From Lophium mytilinum (Eukaryota), in NCBI GenBank assembly GCA_010093605.1, contig MU004185.1, positions 455,334-519,333 of the forward strand: a stretch of DNA of 64,000 nucleotides. Direction: 5' to 3'. How positions within the stretch are numbered: the first letter of the stretch is position 1; the number at the start of each line of letters is the position of its first letter. The notes under the pieces were generated by a model. It was not told the DNA's origin. It did not search any database and worked only from the letters and a program-made list of their open reading frames with translations. A program made the translations under genes and the position numbers. Below, piece by piece: positions 35,186 through 47,766 of the stretch.

Positions 35186-35473
35186 ATGGACGACACTTTC
35201 CGCAGCGGTCCGCCACCAGACTACGAAGACCTGCATTTCGACCCGCCGCCAGATTACGGTTTTGTTCGCGATCTGGAGAGGAACTCCCGAAGAGTCCGCT
35301 GCACTTGCCTACATACCCCCTACTACGTCAACGAGCACACATCCCTCCTCCACGCCAGCAAAGAGGCGCGGAAGCGACGCGACCGGCTCGTGATGGCTGT
35401 AACCTTCTTAGTGACTTTGCTTTGTATCCTAGTCGTTAGGGTCTGTTTCTGGCTTGTGGGCGACAGCTTATGA
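35186..35473 (+). CDS. Small tail-anchored membrane protein with two PPxY motifs
   Basis: PPPDY occurs twice, then a basic patch RKRRDR and a hydrophobic LVMAVTFLVTLLCILVV stretch; TATAAA at 35131. Confidence 0.55.
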   Translation: MDDTFRSGPPPDYEDLHFDPPPDYGFVRDLERNSRRVRCTCLHTPYYVNEHTSLLHASKEARKRRDRLVMAVTFLVTLLCILVVRVCFWLVGDSL

Positions 35474-37859
35474 GTAAGTATATGAGTGGAAGCACTACTC
35501 TTTGGAGAAAGATACTCATTGGTATAATAGGAGCCATTAAGCTACCACAACACCCATACCTATACCTTTAAAGACGTCGCACTTGAAAGAGCTTCGCTGG
35601 AAACGAGATTTGGTAGGGTAAAGCAGGATTGCAGCTTCATTTCTACGATGACACGTCATAGAAATCCGTATGCTCGTTCACCACTGCTGAAGGAGAAATA
35701 AGAGAGAGTTACGGCAATTTGGTCTACTAGTAAAATTGCGAGGCTACTCTAGACAGTGTCAACACGGTGTACAAAGATTGAAAGTTTATCCGCTGCCGCC
35801 GGTTGCTATAGTTCGCAGGAGCCCTAAAAACGATAGTAGGGAAGTGTATGGACATCTATGACAAGGCAATCCACTGTGGATTGGTGGTATATATAGACGT
35901 TTAGGACTTGATCATGATGTAGAGAAGGGGTAACTCTAAGATAGAAATGAATGAAGGGAAATGGAACCCGTAAGCGTCGTGAAGTGTACAATGACGGAAG
36001 ACATGATAGTTTCGTGGCTATTCCAAATATAAATAATCATAGGTGTGCCATAAGCACATTTGGTTGCCGTAAGCCTTTGTCTTGAATCTGCCCTCAAATA
36101 TGGATCGCATATAACGGTCCGCCATCGAGCTGTTGCTGCTCTTCTGGTCATCATACGCAAGATGTCATGCTCTTTGCTCATCATCTTGATAGATATACAG
36201 TGCGGGTTGACAAGCGGAGTATAATGTCGTTTGTGATGTAGAGAGAAAGACGATGGAAAGAAGATGCAGATCTTTTCGGCGCTTCAACCAAGTCCGGCCG
36301 ACACTGCAACCTCTACCTTTCTTTCTTCCTCACTCACTCACAGCTTCAAGTCTGCAGTAACATGACTACCCTCTTCTGATAACGACGAGTATATATGAGT
36401 TTGGTAATAGTATCCCACACCTCCAATCGAGCCTTATCAGGCGGACGACTTCCAAAGTACCATAGCCGCCCATGACCCCTTGAAGCAGCCGGCGCTACAA
36501 CATAGCATCACGCTCTTATCTCGACCAACTCGATGCAACACTACAAGCTCTCTCGAACATTAGATCCAAGATGTCTGTGACCCAGGTCGGGCGATACCCA
36601 CCCCACTCGGAACGAGGCGTTTCGAGTGCAGATGATCTTTAGCAAGACTCTAAATCATCTTCCTTTGGCTCGTGATAGAAAACCTTGAGAGTTTGGCTCC
36701 TACACCAGGAGGGCGATGTCTACCAATGCCAGATCAAACGACCAATGGGCCGTTGGTGAGCCGATCACGAGCATCTGTGAAGCTTCATGAGCCTGCCCAG
36801 GATTAAAGTAGGCCGATTCAGGAAGGTAGGATAGTTGGCGCCTGTTCTGAGGCGCTGTTAATTTAAACTTCCCCTCTTATCTCGTTATATCATGACCCCT
36901 GGCGTGTTCCAACCGCAACCGGCCTCTGCTATTGGATTTGTACATGTCCGCATCTGGGCTTTATTCTTATTCGTTGCTGTGCGTGAAACACTTTCGCCCT
37001 CTTTCGGACCCCATGACTTCGTGATAGCGTGTCTCTCCTATCCTCGATGCCTCTCTCTCTCCATGCCGTTGTCGAATTTTCGCAAAAAGGCGCTTTCGCG
37101 GTCATTTTCCCCGTAGCAAGCTCGACGAGACAGCTTCATACGCATCCATCCTCCTTGAAACTCAGCATTTGCATTTGATAGACTATACACGAAACAAAAC
37201 CATAGGCATTTCTATCTACTCTCTTCTCGTTGCTAGCCCCTTCGACCCCGGCTGATACTCAGGGCACTCCCGTGTAGTCGATCTTCAGATCCAGCAAGGC
37301 TGAAGCGTGATTGACGATCACTTCCTCGGTATTCTCGACATAGCCCCCTATAGCGACTTCACCGTTGCACCGCTAAGATCCAACACCAAACCCGCGAGGG
37401 CTCAGTATCATCCTTATGTCCGAGGCAGGGCCTGTGTGGGATCGCTAGATGCCCTTGCAGCGGTACGGCGCGGCCCACCTGTAGGTATGGTACCTCGAAG
37501 TACATGGTTTCGAGCAATCTGAGTCCGCTCGTGGACAGCTTTTCCGAATTTAGGAGCATCCTGAATGTCGAAGGTCACGTCAATGTGGCAGAATCACTCT
37601 AAAGTGTCGGAGAACGTACTGCTACTCTGGAGGTTGCAGTATCATGGAACGCCAGCATCGGTGGCGCTTTCCTTCTCACCCTATCCGGCCCCCAACACGT
37701 TACGTGTACATGTGTATATAAGTCCCGTTCTCTACTCTCTCAATTTCTTTCTCTACAGTCCAGTGCTTCCTTCTTTCCGGACAAGCAGCTTGTTCAGTCG
37801 CTCTCTTACTAACCACAGGAACCACCCCACACTCTTTCAACTACACTCCTTCAAACAAC

Positions 37860-39222
37860 ATGCTCTTCTTGATGAAGATTGCTTTCCTGGGCGCCCTTTT
37901 GGGTTGCTTCAACTTCGCCTCCGCTGGCTTCGACGCGAGCTCGAAGAAGAACATCGTCCTCTACTGGGGTAGGATACTCTTCTCAGAGTCCCAATACCTC
38001 AAAGCTAACCGACTCCTTCGCTAGGCCAGAACTCCTATGGCCAGGGCTCCGGAGACCTCGCCCAGCAGCGTCTATCCTACTACTGCCAAAGTAATTCTCC
38101 CATCCTCTAGAAGCAAATAAAGTGGTTGACGAAGCTGACTTGATCCCAGATACCAATGTCGACGTATGTGTACCGTCGTCATCATCACTCAATTACTAAA
38201 TGCCAGTCAGGTGATCGTCATGTCGTTCCTAGTCCAATTCAACGGCAATGGCGGCCAGCCCGTCATGAACTTCGCCAACCAAGGTGACAAGTGCACTCTA
38301 TTCGACGGTACCTCTCTGTTCAAGTGTCCGGAGATTGAGTAAGTTCTTGAACTTAACCATCGCCATTGCATACTGACATCTAGTTTCTAGGGCGGACATC
38401 ACAGCTTGCCAGCAGACCTACGGGAAGACCATCCTCCTCTCCGTTGGAGGAGCCACCTACACCGAGGGCGGCTTCAGCTCGTCAGACGCCGCAGTTTCCA
38501 TGGCCAACAAGGTTTGGGCAATGTTCGGCCCGCAGCAGTCTGGCTCCAGCGCCTTACGACCATTCGGCTCCGCTGTGATTGACGGCTTTGACTTCGACTT
38601 CGAAGCTACGGTCAGCAATATGCCTGCTTTTGGCAACCAACTGCGCTCCAACATGGACTCGACCACCGGGAAGAAGTACCTACTCACTGCTGCTCCTCAA
38701 TGCCCCTACCCTGGTACGTATCTCGTCCACCCAATCGTCCATCTCTAGCTGCCTTCTCCCACTCTCGAACCCAATCCGAAGAAAACTCAATGCTAAACCT
38801 CTATCCCAGACGCCGCAGACGGCCCCATGCTCGACGGCTCCGTCTCCTTCGACGCAATCTTCATCCAATTCTACAACAACTACTGCGGCGTGAGTTCCTA
38901 CGTCGCCGGCGCCACCGACCAATGGAACTACAACTTCAACACCTGGGACACCTGGGCCAAGAACACGTCCAAGAACAAGGCCGTGAAAGTCCTCGTTGGC
39001 GTTCCCGGCAACACGGGCGCGGGCGCCGGCTACATCGCGCCCGACAAACTTGCGGCGGTGCTCAAGTACTCGGCCCAGTACAGCAGCTTCGGCGGCGTCA
39101 TGATCTGGGACGCGAGTCAGGCGTACGCTAACAGCGGGTTCATTGGGAGCGTGGATGGCTCGCTGAGCACGCTGTCGAAGCGGGCGATGCGGAGGGGCTG
39201 GCGTAATGAGGAGGCGGAGTAG
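37860..39222 (+). CDS. Secreted GH18 class III (Cts1-like) endochitinase, multi-exon
   Basis: Signal peptide, NIVLYWG|QNS, KTILLSVGGA, RPFGSAVIDGFDFDFE (DxxDxDxE), LTAAPQCPYP, FIQFYNNYC and FGGVMIWDAS. Confidence 0.93.
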
Positions 39223-40059
39223 ACGTCTGCTGGGATGGCAAGGTTGGTGAGGTGATGTTTTCGATTCTTGTTCATATTTTCGTTTGCCCTTTTTTTTCCT
39301 TTTCGAAGTTGCGGATACTGCTCTTTTCGTATGTGTAAGGATGGAATTGTTGACATGAGGGGTGCTTGATGAGATGATGGTTTCTTGTACGTCGGATACG
39401 AATATGCTTCCTTGTATATACTTTTAGCACACTTTCGTTAATAAATACGGTCGTTTCATAATGCTTTGACCTATTTTCGATGCATCTTGTACTCGGGGCT
39501 AGCATAAGGATACTCTTCGCCTTCGGACGTATTGAATATGACCTCGTCAAGAGGAAGAGCCTCTGAGTGTGTACTGAGGTTCACATCAATTTCGATATGA
39601 GATTTGAGTTTACTCTTGCCTTACGAACCCCTTGCTGGTACCGCGGTTCCGGTTCGGCCCTGTAGATGGCTGCATCGCGCAGACGATGCAAATGTACACA
39701 TGCATGATGATATGATCACTATATTAAGCTGTTAGATAATAGCATCCACTTGATGTTAAGAGATGATGAGATGAGATGAGATGAGATGGAGATAATGGTG
39801 GGAAGCAAAATAAGATTGTTAAACCATGGAGTACGCCATAGGTTCATCTATATGTGTATTCCGACGTCATTAAGGGCTACCTTCGGGAGTCCCTCAGTAC
39901 CATGCGCCTGATCCATCATAACTCACCTAATTCACATGAACTCAAGCTAATAATTCTCCATTGATAGGTACTGATTTGTTATCAAACCCTCATAAAGCTC
40001 TAAAGGGATATATAAAAACGCCACCCAATGCACTCATAACGTCATCCCAGTCATAAAAC

Positions 40060-40796
40060 CTACTCGCACGTCGCCAACATCTTCCTCAACACCCCCATCA
40101 ACGTCCCATTCTCCAACGCCGCAGCCACCCTCTCCTTATCCCCGAGCTGCTTGTTCACCGCCTCGTCCGTGCTATGCGTGCCCTTCTTGATGCGCACATC
40201 GACCCGGAACCGCGGCGGTAGCGCCTGCTCCAAGCGCACCCGCACGCCCAGCCCAATCACGGTCGCGAGCGAGCAGTGCGTGATGGTGGGCGTGATCTCG
40301 ACGACGACGGTGCTGATGGGCGATTTCAGCGTCGTCGGGGGCAGGATGCGGATGTCGGGGAGGTTGACGACGGCGAGCGAGCCGAGGGAGAGCGGGTGCT
40401 CGGGGTCCGAGATGGTGGAGATGAGATCTGGGAGGGGCGTTAGTCAAGCCGCAGAAAAGCCTTCTGGAAAAGTCTTCTAGGGGGAGTGAGGCGCGTTTGA
40501 GGCGAAAAGACAGAGGTGCGGTGAGTATGGGTGGTGGTGGTGGTGGTGGCGGCGGGGTGGCGGGGCGTACCGTAAATCTCTTGCTCGTCAATGTCCTCTA
40601 CGACATCGTCATCCGAGTCGCTGGCGGAGGCGGGGGCGTCGAAGGGATCGTTCAGGTAGGTGTAGGCGGGGATGAGGTGGTCGAAGAGGCCGGTGCCGCC
40701 GTCGTCGCGCTTCTTGAGGGAGGCATTGGCGCGCCGCGAGGGGAGGTCTGAGGGGTTGAGGATGGTGGGGTTGGCGTTGTCCTTGTCGGGGTCCAT
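40060..40796 (-). CDS. CIA2: Cytosolic Fe-S cluster assembly component MIP18/FAM96B family, 2 exons
   Basis: DNANPTI, IDEQEIY|DLISTISDPEHPLSLGSLAVV, ITPTITHCSLATVIGLGVRVRL and VNKQLGDKERVAAALEN; intron 40428-40570. Confidence 0.93.
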
Positions 40797-43700
40797 GGTG
40801 GTAAGATTAGAGGTTGGGTGTCAGGCTTGAGTAAGATTTCAGCTGGCGACGAGTGTTATGTGCCTGCCGGAAAGGGTAGTTGGATCCTGGGGTGTGAGGT
40901 TTGAGTTTCGGCGAAAAAAAGACGTTGAAGCCGTCGCAAAGATCGTCGCCTCCACCCGCAACGCCACAGCTCCAAAACACCACCTGCATGTGCGCATGCA
41001 AGACGTCACCTCATTGGGTCGTCGCGTATACTGCCCCTTTCGAATATGCATCCACACCTGCGACATGTTGTGGCCTGAGCAGGTAGTGAGACAGCGTGAG
41101 GATTACTGATGTCAGCGCCATGACATATTCGAGATTGGCGCCATCAAAAGTTTGTGGGGTAATTAGGAGCCTCCATGGTTATTGGTGTGAGCATTGGTAA
41201 CAGGGTCTGGTGGCTATAGTATAGTACTGGGCTTAGCATGCATAATGGTAGGTTACACGGAGTCTTAGACCGCCTCTCTTTCTCTTCAACTTTGGATTCT
41301 ACATTTTACGAGTCTATCCAGCTCCTCCGTTCGTCACTAGATTTCCTATCACGTCTTCAGTCTCATATACTGTACAGGGCGGCTTTAGCTATTCTCAAAC
41401 GGGTGCAAGCAGTTCAACATTTTGTTCATATGTCTGTGTGGCTTGTTGGAGAACTTCAGGCAGATTCAAAGCTCTATAAGCCAAACATAGTCAATTTATT
41501 GATCACGAACTCTCACTCTCTGTGGGAGAGAGTCAGTCAATGTCAGGGCGGGTCAAGGGGCTGCGGGTGAAGCCGCCGTACGAGGCCTCCACAACGTGCC
41601 CGAGAAGGAGCAGAATCCATGCTGGACCGGGGGAAGAGTCACGATGCATGGAATGTTCTCCACGACGCCCAAACGCACGTCTCACGGAAGAGGGGGCCGC
41701 CAGACATCAGCGGCTGACGCGGGATGCTGAGCTCCAGGCCTCAACCTGGAAAGCCACGCGCAGAGGGGTGAGGCCATCAAGCTGTTCTAGAAGGCTTTAA
41801 CAGAAGCTACGCCGTGAACGAGCTAGGGGCTGCCTAATGGCACAACGGCGTGAACATAGGCGCGCCAAGGCAGCGGCCGCATTTCTGAACCTGGCTGGCG
41901 GCAACACACACGTTTGAAGTGCCCATGCTGGCTTTTCTCTGGAACCATTCTTCGCGGATTTGACGTCCCCAGTTTCGTGGAAGGGAGCAAGCGAGCAGGC
42001 CATCGAACCCGCCCCTGGGCCCGCACTGCGCTCAGGCACCGGCGTCGCCGAACCGGACACCCCTCCCTGGTCGGTGCTTGATTGCTGCTGGGAACCAAGG
42101 TGCTGGGAGGAAACCGATGCCGAAGACCTGGAGGACTGCCGCATCACATGTGCCGAACCCGCCCTGCAATCTTCAATTCTCAAAGTCCTGACAAACGCCA
42201 GAAATAAAGCCCACCAATCACAGCACTTTCTCCGGCTACTGGACGAGCCGACTCCCGCCGCTACGACTCCATCTTGGAGCTGGTATGTGGCCTGGATGTG
42301 GTGAGGCACACACAAACTACACAAGTTCGATATATTGATACCCGCCAGCCCTATACACGTAACACTACGCGCGCATATAGTACCACCTAGCACTACGAAC
42401 AGGGCTGCAGCGCCACGCACGCGCTGTCTTCACAGTCGTCTTGCTGTGATGACGACGCCTGCGAGCCACTCACAACTGTGGAAGTAGCCCCTGGCGCTGT
42501 TCCACGTCCGGTCAGCCAGGAAGCAACCTCACTACACACCTCGCCATTCAGGACATCGCCTTGTATGTCCCGCTGCGGCATTCGGAGTTAAAAGCGTCAC
42601 ATCGCCGCTTGGTGGGCGGATTGCATCAGCACGACGGGAAGGATCCTTGCCCTGTCGCTTTGGGGTGCATCTTGAGCTCGTATGCATGCACAGAACCCTT
42701 CTAGCGTGGAATTGGCAATATTGTCAGACTATGCATTGCGGGCGCTCACCTCACGATGTCTGCTGGGCCCATCTCGTCGTCTCATGCCATTCAGGGCGCC
42801 ATGGTGTTGCACTCGCGGTCAGAGCATGTTGGATCGCGTGGAGGAGTGGTAACGACGAAGTGGACGGCCCGTGGCAGCGAATTCTGCCAAGTTGTTTCGC
42901 CGAGGCACTATGCTTGCGGCACGGAGGGATAGGTGCTCTGCTGGCTGCTCGAGCCCGATCACGGTCCCTTCGTCGACCCCTCGGAGAGATGGTCGATGGA
43001 ACGTCGAGGCCACGATATCTACAGTACCAACCAAAGGATCGACAGTGAAACACTTAGGAGGTAACTAAGTGCCAGTCCAATCAGGCGGTATGGATGTAAT
43101 TGCGGGCCGCGATATCTGGGTGCCTCGCAGCCAGGCTCACCATCACAAAAAGTGAGAGTCGCGCACTGACAGAAAGATACATACCTATTCACATCTGCAG
43201 TAGCACCGAATGGGCGAATAATTTTCATTTTAGCTTGGCTTAAGCGCACGGCTTGGCTTTACATGTGCTGCAAGTTTCTGAATTGAAATCTAGCAATGGG
43301 ACGTACAAGAATGACCTCTTGTATTAAAAAGCATTGGCCACCGGACTCTCACTTTTTGTGATGGTGAGCCTGGCAGCCTCAAACACGCTTCGGACCGGCA
43401 GCAGAGGAGTCCCACGCCGTCGCACGCCCTCATCATCAGGACCTGCCGTCCTGAGCGAGCCGGTCCCGAGCGCTTGATGTGCAGATGCCGTGTGTGAGCA
43501 TGGCGTGCCCCTTTCTGGGGGGGAAAAGTGGCCAGTTCGGCCGACGCATTCGTACCAAGAAATCACGGGGTGCGTATACAGCCCATTATATAGCAGCGAG
43601 GCGGCTGGCGGCAGTGGTGATTCGTCACGGCCTGGGCGTCGCCGTCTGGCACCGAGTGGGCAATTTACGGTCCTGGTTAGCTGGAGGTGCGGGTCCCAGT

Positions 43701-44720
43701 GGGCGGGCAGGCGGGCAGACGACGGTGCGAATATTGCGTGCAGGCCCCGGAATCCCAGCCAAAACCCAGGCTTCAGGACTGGCGTCTCGGGCCACACATC
43801 GCGATGGCGAGGTTGTTCCAACGGCTCGCCGACACAGACGACTGGAGCCCTTGAGGTCGCCTGTGTGCCTGTGCTCGCAGCCGCCACGGCCCTGGTGGAG
43901 GCGCTCTTTCTTTGACATCGTCTGCGCAACTCTGCGACAGGCCCTCCCCACTACTGCATCCCCCTCGAGCCTCTTGCACCATTAGTCCGCTCCCTCCATC
44001 GCATCGCTGTCTGCTCCCGGCATTTCCTGGGCTGCTGCTGTGCCGCCGAGCGCTGAGACGGTCGCCACGAGTCGCCCTCGCGCCCGCCCAGCTGCGTTGA
44101 AACTGGCATACGAAGGACTACTCGATTTGCTATTCCATCCTTCGCCTCAAGACACCCCACTGCCTGACGGCATTCTCCACCGTGCTCCTCCCAGGGCCTT
44201 CGCTCGGGCTCGGGTGCGCTTACTGGCAGACTAGCTGCAAGCCTGACTCTTGCGACTCCTGCTCCCACCAAAGAGCCTTGCTGACGCTGCACCTCTTTGG
44301 CCTCGTCCAGAGCCCGAGCATCTGATTGCACCCCCAGGAGACGTTTACGCCACCTGTGTACGCGACGAGCCACCAGCTGCCGCCGGGAGACACCCTGGCT
44401 CATCATATCACGTCCCCACTGCTCATCTCCAATGCGCGACGTCCCGAGACTGCCCAGCACAGCGGAGAATTTCAGAGCGAACGGCTTTTCTACTTGACAG
44501 ACTCGCGCCCCGGCCTCGCATTCCCAGCTTTTCCAGCCTTGCGGATTGCCGTTACCGTTAGACGGGCGTGCTATCGATTGGTCTTGTCGCCCGCCGACCC
44601 CAGATCGCTTTAACCCGTCTGGCATAACGCACCGCTGCGCTCCAGCACCAAACCCCAAGAACAACGAACGCCCCGAGAAGCCATTGTCATTCCTCCGACC
44701 TCACGTCGTACGTCACTACC

Positions 44721-47700
44721 ATGGCTGGCGAATCCGCCGGGCGCCCGTTGCTGCCCCAGACTGCGCAGATGCAAAGCTTCACCTTTGCCCCGCCGACTCT
44801 GGCACCGCGGGAGAACCAGAGAAGTACGATGACATGCCGCCGTCCCGCTGCTGTGTCGCTGACCTGGCCCTGTAGACTATGTCTTCGTTGACGAGCACAA
44901 CCGGCACAAGCGCCTCAAGGGTAACTAATCTTGATCTGGCCTGCAGTGCGCCATGTTCTGTACTGATATGTGACAGTCATGCGAGCCTGTGAAGGCTGCC
45001 GGAGACGCAAGATCAAATGCGACGCGGCCACTACCAACGCATGGCCATGCGCTGCGTGCATTCGACTGAAACTCAATTGCGTGCCGCCGACTGTGAGTTA
45101 CGATAAAGACTACACGCCCGGATCGCATACCTTTGAACTAGAGCGTCCCGAATACGAAACCTCTCCCGTAGGCCAGGATGACTACCAGCGACAGCATGTC
45201 ATGTCCCATATGGGACCTGAAATGGCAAATGGGCTACCTCCTCCAGTCCCCGGAACATATGCCGACGGGATGAGAATGTATCAAACTGCGCCGTACATTG
45301 AACAGCATCAGCCGACAGAGCACCTGCAGTATTCGAACATGCCTCCACCAGCAGTTGTAGGCCAGGATCTCAGTTATCAGCCTCAGCCTATATACTCGGC
45401 ACCACCGGCCCCGCCTATGGATTCTCCTGGTTCGGACGGTGTGTGGCGCAATGATAATACTTCGAACCTGACTGACGCCCTGGGAGAGTTGAAGATTGAC
45501 TACACCGCCGTGGGTAAGTTGGTAACTGTGGCATCCGCAGTCTTTCCGGTATTCTAACGAATCTTAGCTCCATACATTGCGAACCAAAAGAAGTCCCTTG
45601 CCGAAGCTCCGGCATTGGAAGAGTACGAAATTCAGCTGCCACCACAAAATAGCCTGGATCATACCGTCCGGATCCCACCAGAAATGATGCCATCGGAGCA
45701 ACAGGCCCTGGATTACTTTGATTATTTCTTCACAAACATTCACCCTTATTGCCCTGTCATCAATAGGGCGTATTTTTACCAGCAATGGTCAACTGCTCGG
45801 GAATCAATTTCTCCGCTTATGCTCGAAGCAATTTTCGCTTGCGCTTCACTGATGTTAGAGGAGCCTGGAGCGGGGAACAAGTGGCTGGCTCTTGCGTCGA
45901 GTAAGATTCCAAGATGGCTATTCCTACTTGGCCTTTGCTGACCTAGGTAGAACATGAGGAGAGCTTCAGAGACGTGCCAAGACTGAGCACGATTCAAGCT
46001 ATGCTCCTCATCTTGAAAGCTAGGGAATCCGTCCCACAGCGCGGATATTTCTGGCGATCGTGGATGACGGTCGTGAACATGGTCGCAATGGCAAAAGAGC
46101 TTGACCTGAACGAACACTACGAGAATCATCAAATAGGCAAACACTGCGGCTCTTCGCTCCCTGACTGTCTGACGAAAACTAGAGTGTGGAACACTCTCTT
46201 CGTTCTTGAAATTATGGTCGGAGGACCTCAAGGTGGGTGGCCGTGTCCAAAAACTTGGGTTGGAGGATACTGACAGCGCCAAAGGCAGGTCGGACTTTTC
46301 TGTCGATGTGGACACCGTGGATTTCAGTATTCCTAGGCCCGTCCCCGGGCTCGATGATGCTGAGTATCAAGTATCTCGCCAGTTTGCTCATTACCTTCGA
46401 ATTGTGAAGAACGTCCAATTCACCACGGTTGCACACGGCAGGCTGAGGAAGAAGAGGAAAGACTGGGCTTTGGATCCCGAGTTCGTCCAGCACAACCAAA
46501 ATTTCCCTATTTGGCTAAGAGAACTTCCACACGACTTGCAGATCGCCTATCCCCCCGATGGATCTGCGCCTTGGATTCCGTCCCATTTTGTGGCCAATCT
46601 ACATTGCTATCATTTACTCTCTGTAATAATGCACCACAGGCCACAACTCCACATTCTTTCTGACTCGTTTGACGGCTCATGGAAGCAGCACATGATCATT
46701 TGCTACTCGGCAGCTAAGGATATGTGCAAGTTGCAAGAGGCGATTTTAAAGAACTATGGACTTCCTGGCCTGCTCTGTATGCAGAGAGGTATCAGCTTCA
46801 CGATATATTCTGTGCTCACATGCACTATGCTTCACTTGGTAGGTCATCACATCCATGTCCCACTTCTTCCACTCTAATGTCATAGGTTGCTATCACGTCT
46901 CCGGACCCGGAGCTTAGTGGTGATGCAAGGGAATTCTTCGTCAGGCACATGCGAATTCTCGAGACCTGCACACCTTCATGGCCCATGCCCGAGATGCATG
47001 AACAGGTCAACACGCTTCGACAAGCCTTTTCAGCGGATACGTCGAAAGCCTTTGCGCTGAAACCTAGTTTTCCATTCGGGAGTCCTCCGCCCCAGAGTAA
47101 TTCCAGCCCTTTGAGTACCGATGACGCATACCGGCCTCGAGGTCCAGGACCACAATCACCTTTGGAGCAACCAGGTCAAGTCCATTACCATGCCCATCCT
47201 ATCACTCCGCCGATTTCAGCAAGCGACTCGGACCCAAAGACTGACTCTCCCGTAGTTCAGTCTTTGGCCATGATGGCCGCTGGTCAGCGAACTCCCCAGA
47301 CCTCGAATCAGATCCAAATGCAAGAGCCGGTTCAATGGAACCCGACCAGGATATTCGAGTGAGTCTGAACACCTAAAATGCTCGGCCTATATATCACGTT
47401 GCTAATGTTCACAGTCAATGGAATGCAGCCTTTGGTACGCCCCCTCCAAGCACCTCGTCTCAGTCGTCCCCGCCTCTAAGACCACCGCCTCCAGGAACAG
47501 GATACGAAGCCAGGACGCCACAGGAGGCGAATCCACCAAACTATCAGCTCCCGGCCGTTTCACCCCATGTCGCCCAAGTCCCAAACATTCAGGCCCAATT
47601 GCCACCGCCAGTCAGTTACGCGGCGCCGCCTAATGCGTCCTACGTCACGCCGGGCATGTGGCAGGATGTTGTTGCCAGTTCCTTTGGTGGGGAAGGACTC

Positions 47701-47766
47701 AAACGTCGATGGGATTATGGAAATCCGGGGATGATGGACCAGCCACAGAGCCATAAGAGGAGATAG
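44721..47766 (+). CDS. Zn(II)2Cys6 transcription factor with fungal-specific TF middle domain, multi-exon
   Basis: YVFVDEHNRHKRLK|VMRACEGCRRRKIKCD...WPCAACIRLKLNC; YFFTNIHPYCPVIN; VAMAKELDL; last exon ends LKRRWDY...HKRR* at 47764-47766. Confidence 0.9.

Noticed and set aside
40800..44720. Many overlapping 60-240 aa ORFs upstream of the Zn2Cys6 gene
   Set aside because: No domains or coding bias; more likely a long regulatory or 5'UTR region.
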